The translations under genes were made by a program, and so were the position numbers. A stretch of DNA of 64,000 bases from Blepharisma stoltei ATCC 30299 (Eukaryota > Protista > Ciliophora): NCBI GenBank assembly GCA_965603825.1, contig CBFDEM010000047.1, positions 558,001 to 622,000 of the forward strand, written 5' to 3'. Shown in pieces: positions 10,327 through 20,266 of this stretch. Numbering within the stretch: the stretch's first letter is position 1; the number at the start of each line of letters is the position of its first letter. The notes beneath the pieces were generated by a model. The model made no database searches. It was not told the DNA's origin and saw only the letters and a list, made by a program, of their open reading frames with translations.

Positions 10327-11736
10327 ATGTTGGCGATCATTTGCGTTTTGATCACAGCAGTTGCTTCCAAGGTGTGGGTTTATAGCCCAGAAGATCTCCG
10401 CAAAGAGTTTCGGACTAAGTATGGGCAGAATCCAATCCCGGCATCACTTGCGAATTTTGGAAATCCACCTTATGGGTCAGTCATCACAGGAAGAGTTTTT
10501 GTTCCTATTAAAGAAGACGAAAGAAGAGGATGTGGGCCGTTAACACCTATTCAATGGGAAGGAGATCCAGATCAATATAATAGTCCTATCCTGCTACTAG
10601 AGAGAGGTGGCTGTGGATTTGTTACCAAGATCAGAAATGCACAAAACATTGGAGCTTCAGCTGTTCTTATCGTAGATCACACTGCCGAAGACATCACAAA
10701 GATTGTGATGATTGACGATGGGACTGCTGGAAATGTCTTTATTCCTTCAATTTTAATCGGAAAAGACGATGGAGCATTAATTAGAAACAAAGTCCTCGAA
10801 AATGCAGGGTTTATTGATCGCATGCATAATGTCGCTCTTACATTTACTTTCGAGATGCCTCATCCCGACAACACAGTTGAATACGAAATTTGGATGTCTA
10901 GCGAAAATCATTTAGTTAGGTCCTTCTTGCACGATTTTACTCCATTTGCAAAGAAGTTTGATGAAAACATGATAACACTGACCCCGCATTATGTTCTTTG
11001 GTACTGCTCTACATGTAAAGTCAAAAATTGGTTGGAGGGCCACCCAGACTGTGTCAGCGGAGGGAGATATTGCGCTCCTGATCCTGATTATGATGGACCT
11101 AGAACTGGCCGAGAAATTGTTCTTGAGGATTTACGACAATTGTGCATCTATCAGCTAGCTGAAGAAAAGCATAATCAAAAGTTATGGTGGAATTATATAA
11201 AAGCTTTCAATGAGACCTGCTCAAATAACAACTTCAAAGAAAGATGCTCAGAACTTGCCATGAAAGAAGCGAAAATAGATATAGATTATGTAGAAAACTG
11301 TATGGAAAAAAGTTTCGAAGGCTCAAATCATAATCAGGAGCTTGATGATAACAAAATTTTAAGAAAAGAAAAAGAAAGCCTCCTACAATCAGGCATCTTT
11401 TTCTATCCAACCATTTATATCAATAACCAAACCTTCAGAGGCGATTTAGAAGCTACCGAATTGATGACAGCCATTTGTGCAGGGTTCAAGGAAGAACCAA
11501 AAGTATGCATAGATTTCAGACTTAACAGAAATGATGACCCAGAACCAACACAGACAGGCATTGGAGTGTCAACATTAGTGATGATTATTATTTTTTCAGC
11601 AGTGGTACTTGGAGTTATATTATTCTTTTACAGGAGATGGATTAAAAGAGAGCTTAATTACGAAATGAAAATGCAGGTGAACTCAGCAGTGAGCCAATAT
11701 ATTGCCCTTAGCGACCAAAGTATGTCTAGAGATTAA
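10327..11736 (+). CDS. Vacuolar sorting receptor (VSR/BP-80)-like protein: PA domain, thioredoxin-like domain, TM, QYIAL tail
   Basis: Signal peptide; SLANFGNPPYG; LLERGGCGFVTKIRNAQNIGASAVLI (PA domain); GRYCAPDPD; EDLRQLC; AICAGF; single TM; YxxL motif. Confidence 0.9.
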   Translation: MLAIICVLITAVASKVWVYSPEDLRKEFRTKYGQNPIPASLANFGNPPYGSVITGRVFVPIKEDERRGCGPLTPIQWEGDPDQYNSPILLLERGGCGFVTKIRNAQNIGASAVLIVDHTAEDITKIVMIDDGTAGNVFIPSILIGKDDGALIRNKVLENAGFIDRMHNVALTFTFEMPHPDNTVEYEIWMSSENHLVRSFLHDFTPFAKKFDENMITLTPHYVLWYCSTCKVKNWLEGHPDCVSGGRYCAPDPDYDGPRTGREIVLEDLRQLCIYQLAEEKHNQKLWWNYIKAFNETCSNNNFKERCSELAMKEAKIDIDYVENCMEKSFEGSNHNQELDDNKILRKEKESLLQSGIFFYPTIYINNQTFRGDLEATELMTAICAGFKEEPKVCIDFRLNRNDDPEPTQTGIGVSTLVMIIIFSAVVLGVILFFYRRWIKRELNYEMKMQVNSAVSQYIALSDQSMSRD

Positions 11737-11757
11737 GTAATTTCATTTATATAAATT

Positions 11758-14700
11758 ATGTTTAGGCTCTTTAGGAAATTTTCAGACATTGCCCAAAAGC
11801 CTTTGAGAGACCGAATCCTTGAGGCTCCTACTTCAGCGCTTCTCTCTACAATTAATAGCCCTGAAGCAACCTCTGTAGATTTGGTTTTCGGACTGAAAGA
11901 ACTTTCAGATAGGATTAGAAAACATAATTTAAGCAGGAAAGTATTAGCTGAGCCAAAATATCATGAAATTCAACTCAAAATATCTCGAGACATCATGAAC
12001 CTTGACAAAGACAGCGTTTTGAGTTATTCATATTTCTTAAAAACCTATGATAAACTTACAGAAAAAGAGTTCACATTAGCAAGTGAAAGATGGCTAGCAA
12101 CTAAAATCAGGAAAATTGCTAATGAGAATGGCTTTACTGTTAAGGAGTTAGGAGAGCTTGCAGAAAATCTATTGTCAATCAATAAATATATATATGAAAT
12201 AGAAAGCAGCGCTGCTTCTCAAAATGATGGAACATTAGAAGATTTTATGAAAATATTGAAAGTGGCAAGAATTTTGAATAAAGAACCAGATTATGATTTT
12301 TGGAATAAATTTACTGAGTTTTTTGATCATATGGATTATGAAAATATGAGCCCTAAAGAAATTTTTGAAAAATTAAACATCTTATACTCACAGCCTGATA
12401 TTTATCGCAAAAAAATTTGCCAAATCACTGATAAAGCTTTTAGTTCCCTTCTGTCAAAATTAGATTCCTTAGATTTTCCACAAATTTTGAAAATTTTAGA
12501 ATACTATACTTTGCAAGCTAATTTAGACGAAAATATTTATTTATCTTTCATATCAAAATTAGAAGAAATATTACAGAATCCTCCTTATATCATAAAATCT
12601 GAACAGACATTTAACCTTATTTCATTAATAGCCGACATCAGCAAACAAAAAGACTACCCAGTTGTTCCATCCTTAAAAAATGCTCTATTAAATGATATAA
12701 AGCTCAAGCTTGATTCCAAAGCTTTGCATTTGTCTCAATATAAGCCTTTGGTGCATGACATTATGAAAATCGAAAAAGTAATATCCAAAGATTTATCATT
12801 AAGCCTATTAAATTACATAAAAACTTCACAATTCATCGGAATTTGAACATTTGAGTGCATTAGGCTATTTGAAAAATTAGGAATAGGAGAATACACAGAT
12901 GGTTTTATTGCTGTAAAAATTATTTAGGATGCAAAGGAAGCAATAAAAGCAATATCCAAGTTGGACTGGGTTGATAAGTTTTCTATTATTGATGTCATTT
13001 TGCAGATTGATGGGTATGATTTTAAACCTGGCTGCTTTGACTGCTTTAGGAGTATAAAAACAGAGTAACTTTTAATCAGACTTCACTATGTAAGTGGAAA
13101 CAATTCTTATGAAGTCTTAGATGCCTATCTACAAGCAGAATTATCGAGAAAAACACAATTAAATCTGATGCCTGAAATAGAAAAAATTGTAAGGACTTTG
13201 AATGCAGTTAACGATCCACTGAGCGATCCATTAGTATTAAAGCATTTATTGATGCTTGGCGGCTTAAAATCAGAATTACCTAAAGAGCTATTAGGGTCTC
13301 TTGCATCTAGAATGCCTCTTTCTGATATAGAAAAAGTTCTAGCTGTCGATTATCCAGTTTTCACTGCAAAATCAGTATTAATGTTATTCAAAGAGATAAA
13401 AGATAGAATAGATGATAGAATACTCGTACATGGGATGAAATATTTGTCAACAACTTTTGATTATATGGATTGGGTTGATTATTCATATGCTGCTCTTATT
13501 GTTGATCAAAAATTCTTTTTGTCTCCTTTATTTGACAAATATTATGAGAAATTTTTCAACGAATTAACAAAATGTGTGTTTCCTACTCAGTATAGTAGAA
13601 TGTATAGGATATGGGGATTCGTAATAAATGAAATAGGAGATATAAATGAATTAAAATCAAAGAAAATTCGTAAAATGATAGAATTGTTAGCTTTTGCCCA
13701 AAAAATCCCAGCAAACCTCGCTTTAAAGCTACATAAATATTTCATCAACCAGCAAAAGGACTATTCCTCAACAATCCTACTTATTAATTTAGCACTAAAG
13801 CAGGATAATTTGACAGAAGAAGAAAGAAAACGAGTTTTAAATCAATTTTTTTCAATATCTGAAAATATATCTTTTGACGAGCTGAAAACAAAAGTCTTGA
13901 CTTACAATATAACTGAATTGAGCGATAAAAATAAAGAAGAAGCATTTATCCTTAAACTTCAAGAGAAAATTCGAGATTTGTCACCAAGATACATGTACTC
14001 AGTCTTTGATTTGTTAGGCCAACTATATTTTAAAGTTTTGCATGCCCATTATGATTTTAGCAATAATATTGTAAATGCATTTGCTGATTATGTGACTAAG
14101 CATTCAAATAAGTGTGGCTCAAAGTTGCTAACTAAAGCATTTTGGAGTTTTGCAAAGCATAACAATAAAAGCCCAGATCTCTATAAAGTCTTATTGTCGG
14201 AGCTAGGGAAGAACTACTATGATCTGAACCCTTTAAGCAAAGTCAATATTTTAGCTTCTTTTGGGAAAAAGGGTTTAAGGGTGAAAGACGTTTATGAAAT
14301 CATCTGCAATGATATCCTGCAAAATGTCGACGATTACATAGCGAGCACATCGGAGATTTTAACTTCTATTGGTGAAGTAAACTATGAAAATGAAGAATGG
14401 AGCCAAAAGTTAACGAGAATTTTTTTAGATAAATACGATTTCAGCGCCAAACAATACTCAAATTATTGGTACTATAATTTACTGTGGGCATTAGTTAAGT
14501 CAAAAGCTTCTGAAGACGATATAAATAGACTCATTTCATATGCTAAAGAAGGTTTTCATCATTATGGTAAAAAAGGGATCAAGCAGTTTTGACTCTACTA
14601 TCATTTTAAAAATTCGAACCCAGCACTTTCTGAACAAAGTTTCAGAATTTCTCAAGAAAAAATTAACTGGCAAACAGTTTATGGGGTGAGAGTGGATTGG

Positions 14701-14994
14701 CTGAACCCCGTTGTGGATGCTTTTGAAAGTGTTGGAATTAAGGCAGATAGATTTGAGAAACTTGAAGAGATTACTTCTCCATTGTTAATCAAGGAGAAAA
14801 AATTGTGTCTCTGGGCAAAAAATCCATATATAATGACTTATGAAAATGAAATGCTGAGGGGAGATTTTATGTTTGTAAAGGAGTGTATAGAAAAAAGAGG
14901 AGGAAGGGTGCAGCTTTTAGATTTAGAGGCATTGAAAGGATTGGATAACAAAAAAATAGTCAAATTGTTTGAGGCTCAAGGAATATTAAGTTAA
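11758..14994 (+). CDS. Putative mitochondrial helical-repeat protein with degenerate C-terminal RAP-like domain (~1068 aa; 2 TGA=Trp; introns 12913-12927 and 13065-13079)
   Basis: Three track ORFs are joined by TGA 12844-12846, TGA 14590-14592 and two 15-nt introns. N-terminal MFRLFRKFS looks like a presequence. FASTK-like repeats (LTKAFWSFAK, NILASFGK, NLLWALV) and tail LRGDFMFVKECIEKRGGRV. Confidence 0.7.
12913..12927 (+). other. 15-nt intron gtaaaaattatttag
   Basis: GT..AG, A at -6, removes an in-frame TAG. Confidence 0.85.
13065..13079 (+). other. 15-nt intron gtaacttttaatcag
   Basis: GT..AG, A at -6, removes an in-frame TAA. Confidence 0.85.
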
Positions 14995-15029
14995 AACTTA
15001 AAAACTCAAGGATTATTTTTAATCAAGGA

Positions 15030-16304
15030 TTAGTTATAAACCATATACTTATTTGTTGCTGAGAACTTCGCATATCCCTTGATCACTTTTTCGATGGCAT
15101 CAAGCAAATCTTTTTCTGAAATACTCTTTCTTCTCTGTCTGATTGCAAACATGCCTGCTTCAGTGCACACAGATCTAATATCAGCTCCAGTTGTATTAGG
15201 ACAGAGTCTTGACAGCAGTTCAAATCTGATGCCTTTGTCCATGTTCATAATCTTCGCGTTAATTTTGAATATCTGGGTTCTTCCTTCTAAATCAGGCAGC
15301 CCAAACTCAATTTTTCTATCCAACCTTCCAGGTCTTAGAAGTGCAGGGTCAAGTGTGTCAGGTCTATTAGTAGCCATAAGGACTTTGACATTTCCTCTGT
15401 TATCAAACCCGTCTAACTGGTTGACAATTTCAAGCATAGTTCTTTGGACTTCACTATCCCCTCCATGCCCATCATCAAACCTCGCCCCACCTACAGCGTC
15501 AACTTCATCAATAAACACAATGCAGGCTTTCTTGCTTTTGGCCATTTGGAAAATTTCTCTGACCATTCTTGCCCCTTCTCCTACATATCTTTGGACAAGC
15601 TCACTTCCAATAACTCTTATAAAGCATGCATCAGTCCTATTGGCAACTGCTCTTGCAGCAAGCGTTTTACCAGTTCCTGGAGGACCGTAAAGGAGCACTC
15701 CTTTTGGCGGGTCAATGCCAAGGTTGATGAATTTTTCAGGGTGAAGCAAAGGCATTTCGACGACTTCTCTAAGCCTTTCAATTTGTTCTTTACAGCCTCC
15801 GAGATCATTATAAGTTACGTCAGGTTTTTCTTCTAAAGTCATCATAGTGACTGTCGGATCGATTTTTGGAGGAAGAGGGATTTGAATGAAATACTTGGTT
15901 CGGTCGACGCCAACGCGCATGCCTTCTTCTATATCAGTTGCAGCTACTTTTTCACCGAGTCCTACAACAAATTTGGCAAGCTGCTTAATAGAAATCATGT
16001 ATTTGGCTTCATTTGTCCCTGGATTGATGATTTTTGTGCATCTTGCGACTTGAAGAGGCTGCTCCATCTGCATCATCATTTTGTCACCTTCGAGATCCCA
16101 ATAAGAAGGCTGGGAAAGGCCAGTGTCAGATTCTTTTACGCCTGTGGTAGCAGCGATTTCTTTAAGCTTCGTAGTGATATCGCTCTCGATAGACTGAATT
16201 ACTTTAGCATATGGCCCAGAGCCATAGCGCATCATGAGACTGATGTCAGCTTCATCCAAGGGTTTGATGGGCTTGCTCTCTTCGTTCTTTTTGTCGTCAG
16301 ACAT
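15030..16304 (-). CDS. PSMC2: 26S proteasome AAA-ATPase subunit RPT1 (regulatory subunit 7)
   Basis: [29 protein letters not shown] Walker [18 protein letters not shown] and KFSATNKY. Confidence 0.97.
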   Translation of the reverse strand: MSDDKKNEESKPIKPLDEADISLMMRYGSGPYAKVIQSIESDITTKLKEIAATTGVKESDTGLSQPSYWDLEGDKMMMQMEQPLQVARCTKIINPGTNEAKYMISIKQLAKFVVGLGEKVAATDIEEGMRVGVDRTKYFIQIPLPPKIDPTVTMMTLEEKPDVTYNDLGGCKEQIERLREVVEMPLLHPEKFINLGIDPPKGVLLYGPPGTGKTLAARAVANRTDACFIRVIGSELVQRYVGEGARMVREIFQMAKSKKACIVFIDEVDAVGGARFDDGHGGDSEVQRTMLEIVNQLDGFDNRGNVKVLMATNRPDTLDPALLRPGRLDRKIEFGLPDLEGRTQIFKINAKIMNMDKGIRFELLSRLCPNTTGADIRSVCTEAGMFAIRQRRKSISEKDLLDAIEKVIKGYAKFSATNKYMVYN

Positions 16305-16503
16305 TTTATTATAGTTTTGGAATTGATAAATAGAAAACTATGATTTTCTTATGAATTAAATGTTAGAAGTTTGAATATGCGTTGAAACTATTTTTAAAAT
16401 TAATTTATTTATAAAAGATATTTTAGTATAAAACGAATAAGAAAATCCTTAAATTATTCTATTATATTAGCTTATATACACGTCTTAAGAAATCTGTTGT
16501 TAT

Positions 16504-17250
16504 TTAAGCTTTCTTTTCTTCCACCTTTTGGGTGTGAGCCTGAGCTTCTGCCACATGTCTCTCATGTAATACATTATTCAACAGAACATTATATTTCTTT
16601 GCAGCTTCTTTAGCCCTCTGCCATCTCTCCTTCTTCTGAGCTTTTTCCTTAGTTTTTCTTCTTAACCTCTCAGCAGTAATAAGTCTTTGTATCTTTGGAG
16701 CTTTAAAGTAAGGCTTTTTCCCTTCTCTTTTGATTTCTCTCTTGACGACATATTTTCTAACATCGTCTCTTTCTTCAGCTTTCACAGATTTCTTGTCAAC
16801 TCCTTTGTCTAAGGCGAATAACTTTCTGATTCTTGAAGCTCTTTTTGGGCCAAGTCTTCTTGCAATAGGGCTGTCGGTGATGCCAGGGAGCTCACCTGGA
16901 CCCTTTTTGGTGACAACAAGTTGAAGAACAGCGATATCGTGGCCAACAATGCAGCCTCTGACTGATTTGCGCTTTCTCTCACCTTTTTTGCGAGGGCGGT
17001 AGTTGGTGTGTCCAGCTGAAAGCAATAAGCGGACTCTTTTGTTTTCAAGGACTCCTTGCTTCATTGAAAAGCCTTGCTTGTCATTGCCTCCAGAGATACG
17101 GAAGATGTAGCCTTTAAACTCTTCTCCTAAGGCTTCTCCATCAATTTCTTGCCCCATTCTGCGATCGTAAAAGAGTCTTACTTTGCGCTCATCGTCGATA
17201 TCGATGCATTTTTGTTGTCCTGTTTCGGGGAAAGAGATGTTAAACTTCAT
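16504..17250 (-). CDS. RPS6: 40S ribosomal protein S6 (eS6)
   Basis: [36 protein letters not shown] and KAPKIQRL. Confidence 0.98.
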   Translation of the reverse strand: MKFNISFPETGQQKCIDIDDERKVRLFYDRRMGQEIDGEALGEEFKGYIFRISGGNDKQGFSMKQGVLENKRVRLLLSAGHTNYRPRKKGERKRKSVRGCIVGHDIAVLQLVVTKKGPGELPGITDSPIARRLGPKRASRIRKLFALDKGVDKKSVKAEERDDVRKYVVKREIKREGKKPYFKAPKIQRLITAERLRRKTKEKAQKKERWQRAKEAAKKYNVLLNNVLHERHVAEAQAHTQKVEEKKA

Positions 17251-17592
17251 CTTTTAGCCACTCTATTATAAACACAGAAAATGGCTTATAAGATGAATAG
17301 AACATATAGAGAATTAGATAGGTTTTAGACTGCTAATGAACAAAAGAGGAAAATATATAATAAAATTCCATATCATTTAACCAATGCTTATTTGTCAATT
17401 CTTATAATTAATCAGGATTAGATATGATTATAAAAATTTTAAAATAAATAATACAGTTTTTGTTTTATCCTTTCAGAAATCTTTAGAAATAACTGTGATA
17501 AGACTTTATATGTTTAAAATACAAGTAATCAAATATAGAATATTTAAAAAATTTTCAAAAAATAGCAGTCGAGTTTATTATTTTCCCTAAAA

Positions 17593-18288
17593 ATGACGAG
17601 CATAAGGGAGAATTTAAAAAATTATCGATTTCAAAGCCCAGCAAGGATACTTCTAACAGATGATTTTCTATCAAAAACTTTAGACTCTGAAAAAAACACT
17701 GTCCGTACGGATAGCACTTCTAAACAAATACCAACAAAATCTCGCCTATCAGCCACATCAAGATCTTACATGTCAGCCACTCCTCACTCAACAACAAAAC
17801 AAATCAACTTAGATGACTGTTTTTCTCCAGGTAATCAATTTTTCCCTAAATTTCTTGCAAGATTGCAAGGACTTGGAACTGTAAAATTTGAACGAACGGT
17901 GGTTAAAGAAGAAGATAAGATTTTGAGCTTTAACAGAATTCTCCAATCTGTTAATCTATCTCCAGTAGTGAAAAAATCTGTTAAAAAACGTAAAAGAGTA
18001 AGTTATATGCCAATAGGCACACATTACAAAAAATTAGAAGCAAAAATCACTCTAAATACTATGGAGTTTAATAACAGCCAGAAAAATTCACCCCCAAGTC
18101 CAAGCCAAGGAAAGCGATATGGGTTAAAAATTGTATCGTCTCCTTATCCTAATAATTCTCCATTTAAAGGAGAAGCAATAGGGAGAAACATACAAGAAAT
18201 AAAACCAATCAAAATGATTGATATCGCAACTTGGGCCCCTGATTGCCCAAATTCCCTAAGAGCTAGCAGCAAAAAAATTAAACAATAA
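17593..18288 (+). CDS. Hypothetical Ser/Lys-rich protein (231 aa)
   Basis: Long ATG-TAA ORF between AT-rich flanks; no recognisable domain. Confidence 0.65.
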   Translation: MTSIRENLKNYRFQSPARILLTDDFLSKTLDSEKNTVRTDSTSKQIPTKSRLSATSRSYMSATPHSTTKQINLDDCFSPGNQFFPKFLARLQGLGTVKFERTVVKEEDKILSFNRILQSVNLSPVVKKSVKKRKRVSYMPIGTHYKKLEAKITLNTMEFNNSQKNSPPSPSQGKRYGLKIVSSPYPNNSPFKGEAIGRNIQEIKPIKMIDIATWAPDCPNSLRASSKKIKQ

Positions 18289-18405
18289 ATAATTGCTATA
18301 ATAAATGGGAAACTTATTCATTTTACTCTTCCTAAATTATTCAAATCTTACTAAATAAATTATAATGCTCGAATTGGAGTTACAAGTGAGTTAAATTGAT
18401 AAATA

Positions 18406-20127
18406 ATGAGTAAGTTTAGCAATATGGTAAAATTTAAGTAGCAACTGAAATTGAAAATAAATGCAAGAGGGTCATCAAAAAGTCCAAAGCTAGAGCTGAC
18501 CTCTATAAGAAATTCATCTCATAGTAGAAATTTATCAATCGATTATAAGAACGAGCTAAGAGCTTCAAGAAGATATGAAAACATATCGCCAGAGTTATAT
18601 GATTCAGGGAATATAAAACTTAAACCTATTAATCAATCTATAACTTTACTAGAAAGTAAAAATGAAGAAATTGACGATGAATTTAAACTGCATTTGTCAG
18701 CCAAAGATCGTAGAATTGAAAAGCTTAATAATATGATACTTGATTTAAGAGTAAAAATCAAAGAAAATAACGCAGAAACTATAATAAAAAAATTGAAACA
18801 AAGAATTGTTTTATTAGAAGAAGAGTTGGAATTGATGAAAGAAGAAAGAGACAACGGACAAAAAAATTATGAAATATTAGAAACAAAATATAAAAGAGCT
18901 CTTGAGAAATGAGAAGAAGAAAAGGATTTAATTAGATATGATAAGGAATTATCATTGCAAGAAGTTTCGCAACTTAAAATAAGCCTGCAAGAAAAAGAAA
19001 ACATTATTGATGAAAATAAAGACAGCATAGCTTTTATATCAAAAATGCTAACACAAACTAATCAAATGAATAATGAGCTTAATCAAAAAATGCAAAGTCT
19101 AAATGAGGAATTAGATAAAGCCAATAAAAACTATCATGAATCACAAAAATCATCAAAATTAGCAGAAGGGTATGAAAAACATTTAGAAATTTATATTGAA
19201 GATATCACAGATAAAGAAAAAAAGATTGACAGATTTAATGAAAGCGTTGAAGCTATAATAGAAGTAGCAATTCAAATTAAAAATCTTAAAGAAGAGATTG
19301 CACAAAAAATTTCAAATTCAGAAAGCTGAGAAGGAAAGTTTCCAGAAGAGATCAAATATCTTGAATTTCAAAAAGAAAATATCAGCAATATTTATGAAAA
19401 ATTAAATGCAAGCATTATTGATTATATTGAAATTAATGCTATAGCCTCTGATAAAACTATAAGATCAAAACTCGCTGATCTAAATGCAGATATCAAAAGA
19501 CAAATTTCGATAAAAGAAAAATACCAAACAAAGTACAACAATTCTAAGCAAGAAATAATTCGATTAGCGGCTTCAATTTCAAGCTTAAAAGATTTGCATA
19601 AAGATGAAATATCTAAATTAAAAAAAATTATTGATTCAAATGTCATCTTATTTGAAAAGTTAAAAAATGCAAATCATGAAAATAAAGAAAAGCTTATAGG
19701 AAAAGATTTAGAGATAAAAAAGCTTGAAAATAAAATAAAGGTTCAAAATGAAAAAATTGATGATTTCATTACACAGAAAGAAGAATTTTCTTTAAGAGAG
19801 GAAGGGCTTAAGCTACAATTGGAACATTTTAAATCAAAAATGATGAAGCTATTAGAAGAAAGACGCTCAGCAGACTTCGATCTTAGCATAAGAGAAAACA
19901 ATTTAGAAAAATCTCTTTGGAAAATTGATTCATTGAAAGATGAATTAATGAAACGAGAAAATGAAATCGTCAAAAAAAATCAAAAGTTAATTTTATTAGA
20001 AACTGAGATGCAAAGGCTAAAAACAAACATAAATAAATACATTTATCATAACAGAAACATTGAAGGCAATCTGCTAGGGAATTATCTAAAAGAGTTGGCC
20101 ACAAGAGATCAAAAAATTGAAATTTAA
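18406..20127 (+). CDS. Coiled-coil protein (~568 aa; intron 18427-18441; 2 TGA=Trp; 3' end may extend to 20180, see findings)
   Basis: Three track ORFs lie in one frame, joined by TGA 18910-18912 and 19327-19329. A 15-nt intron links them to ATG 18406. Confidence 0.75.
18427..18441 (+). other. 15-nt intron gtaaaatttaagtag
   Basis: Connects ATG 18406 to an otherwise ATG-less long frame. Confidence 0.75.
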
Positions 20128-20266
20128 AAGAAATGCTAAGGGTTGGAAAATCTAATGATAGACTAAATGAAATTCAATAAAATAAAAAATGAAATATTGT
20201 TTAAATTCCAAATAGTGAAATATAAAACAGAATCTGTCTAAGCTAATTTTTAAGATAAAAAACTTT

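Noticed and set aside
15079-16343. Long antisense or alternate-frame ORFs (e.g. 15079-15690, 15882-16343, 2448-2873, 20803-21117, 42067-42423)
   Set aside because: Shadow frames of well-supported genes, mostly with non-ATG starts and no motifs
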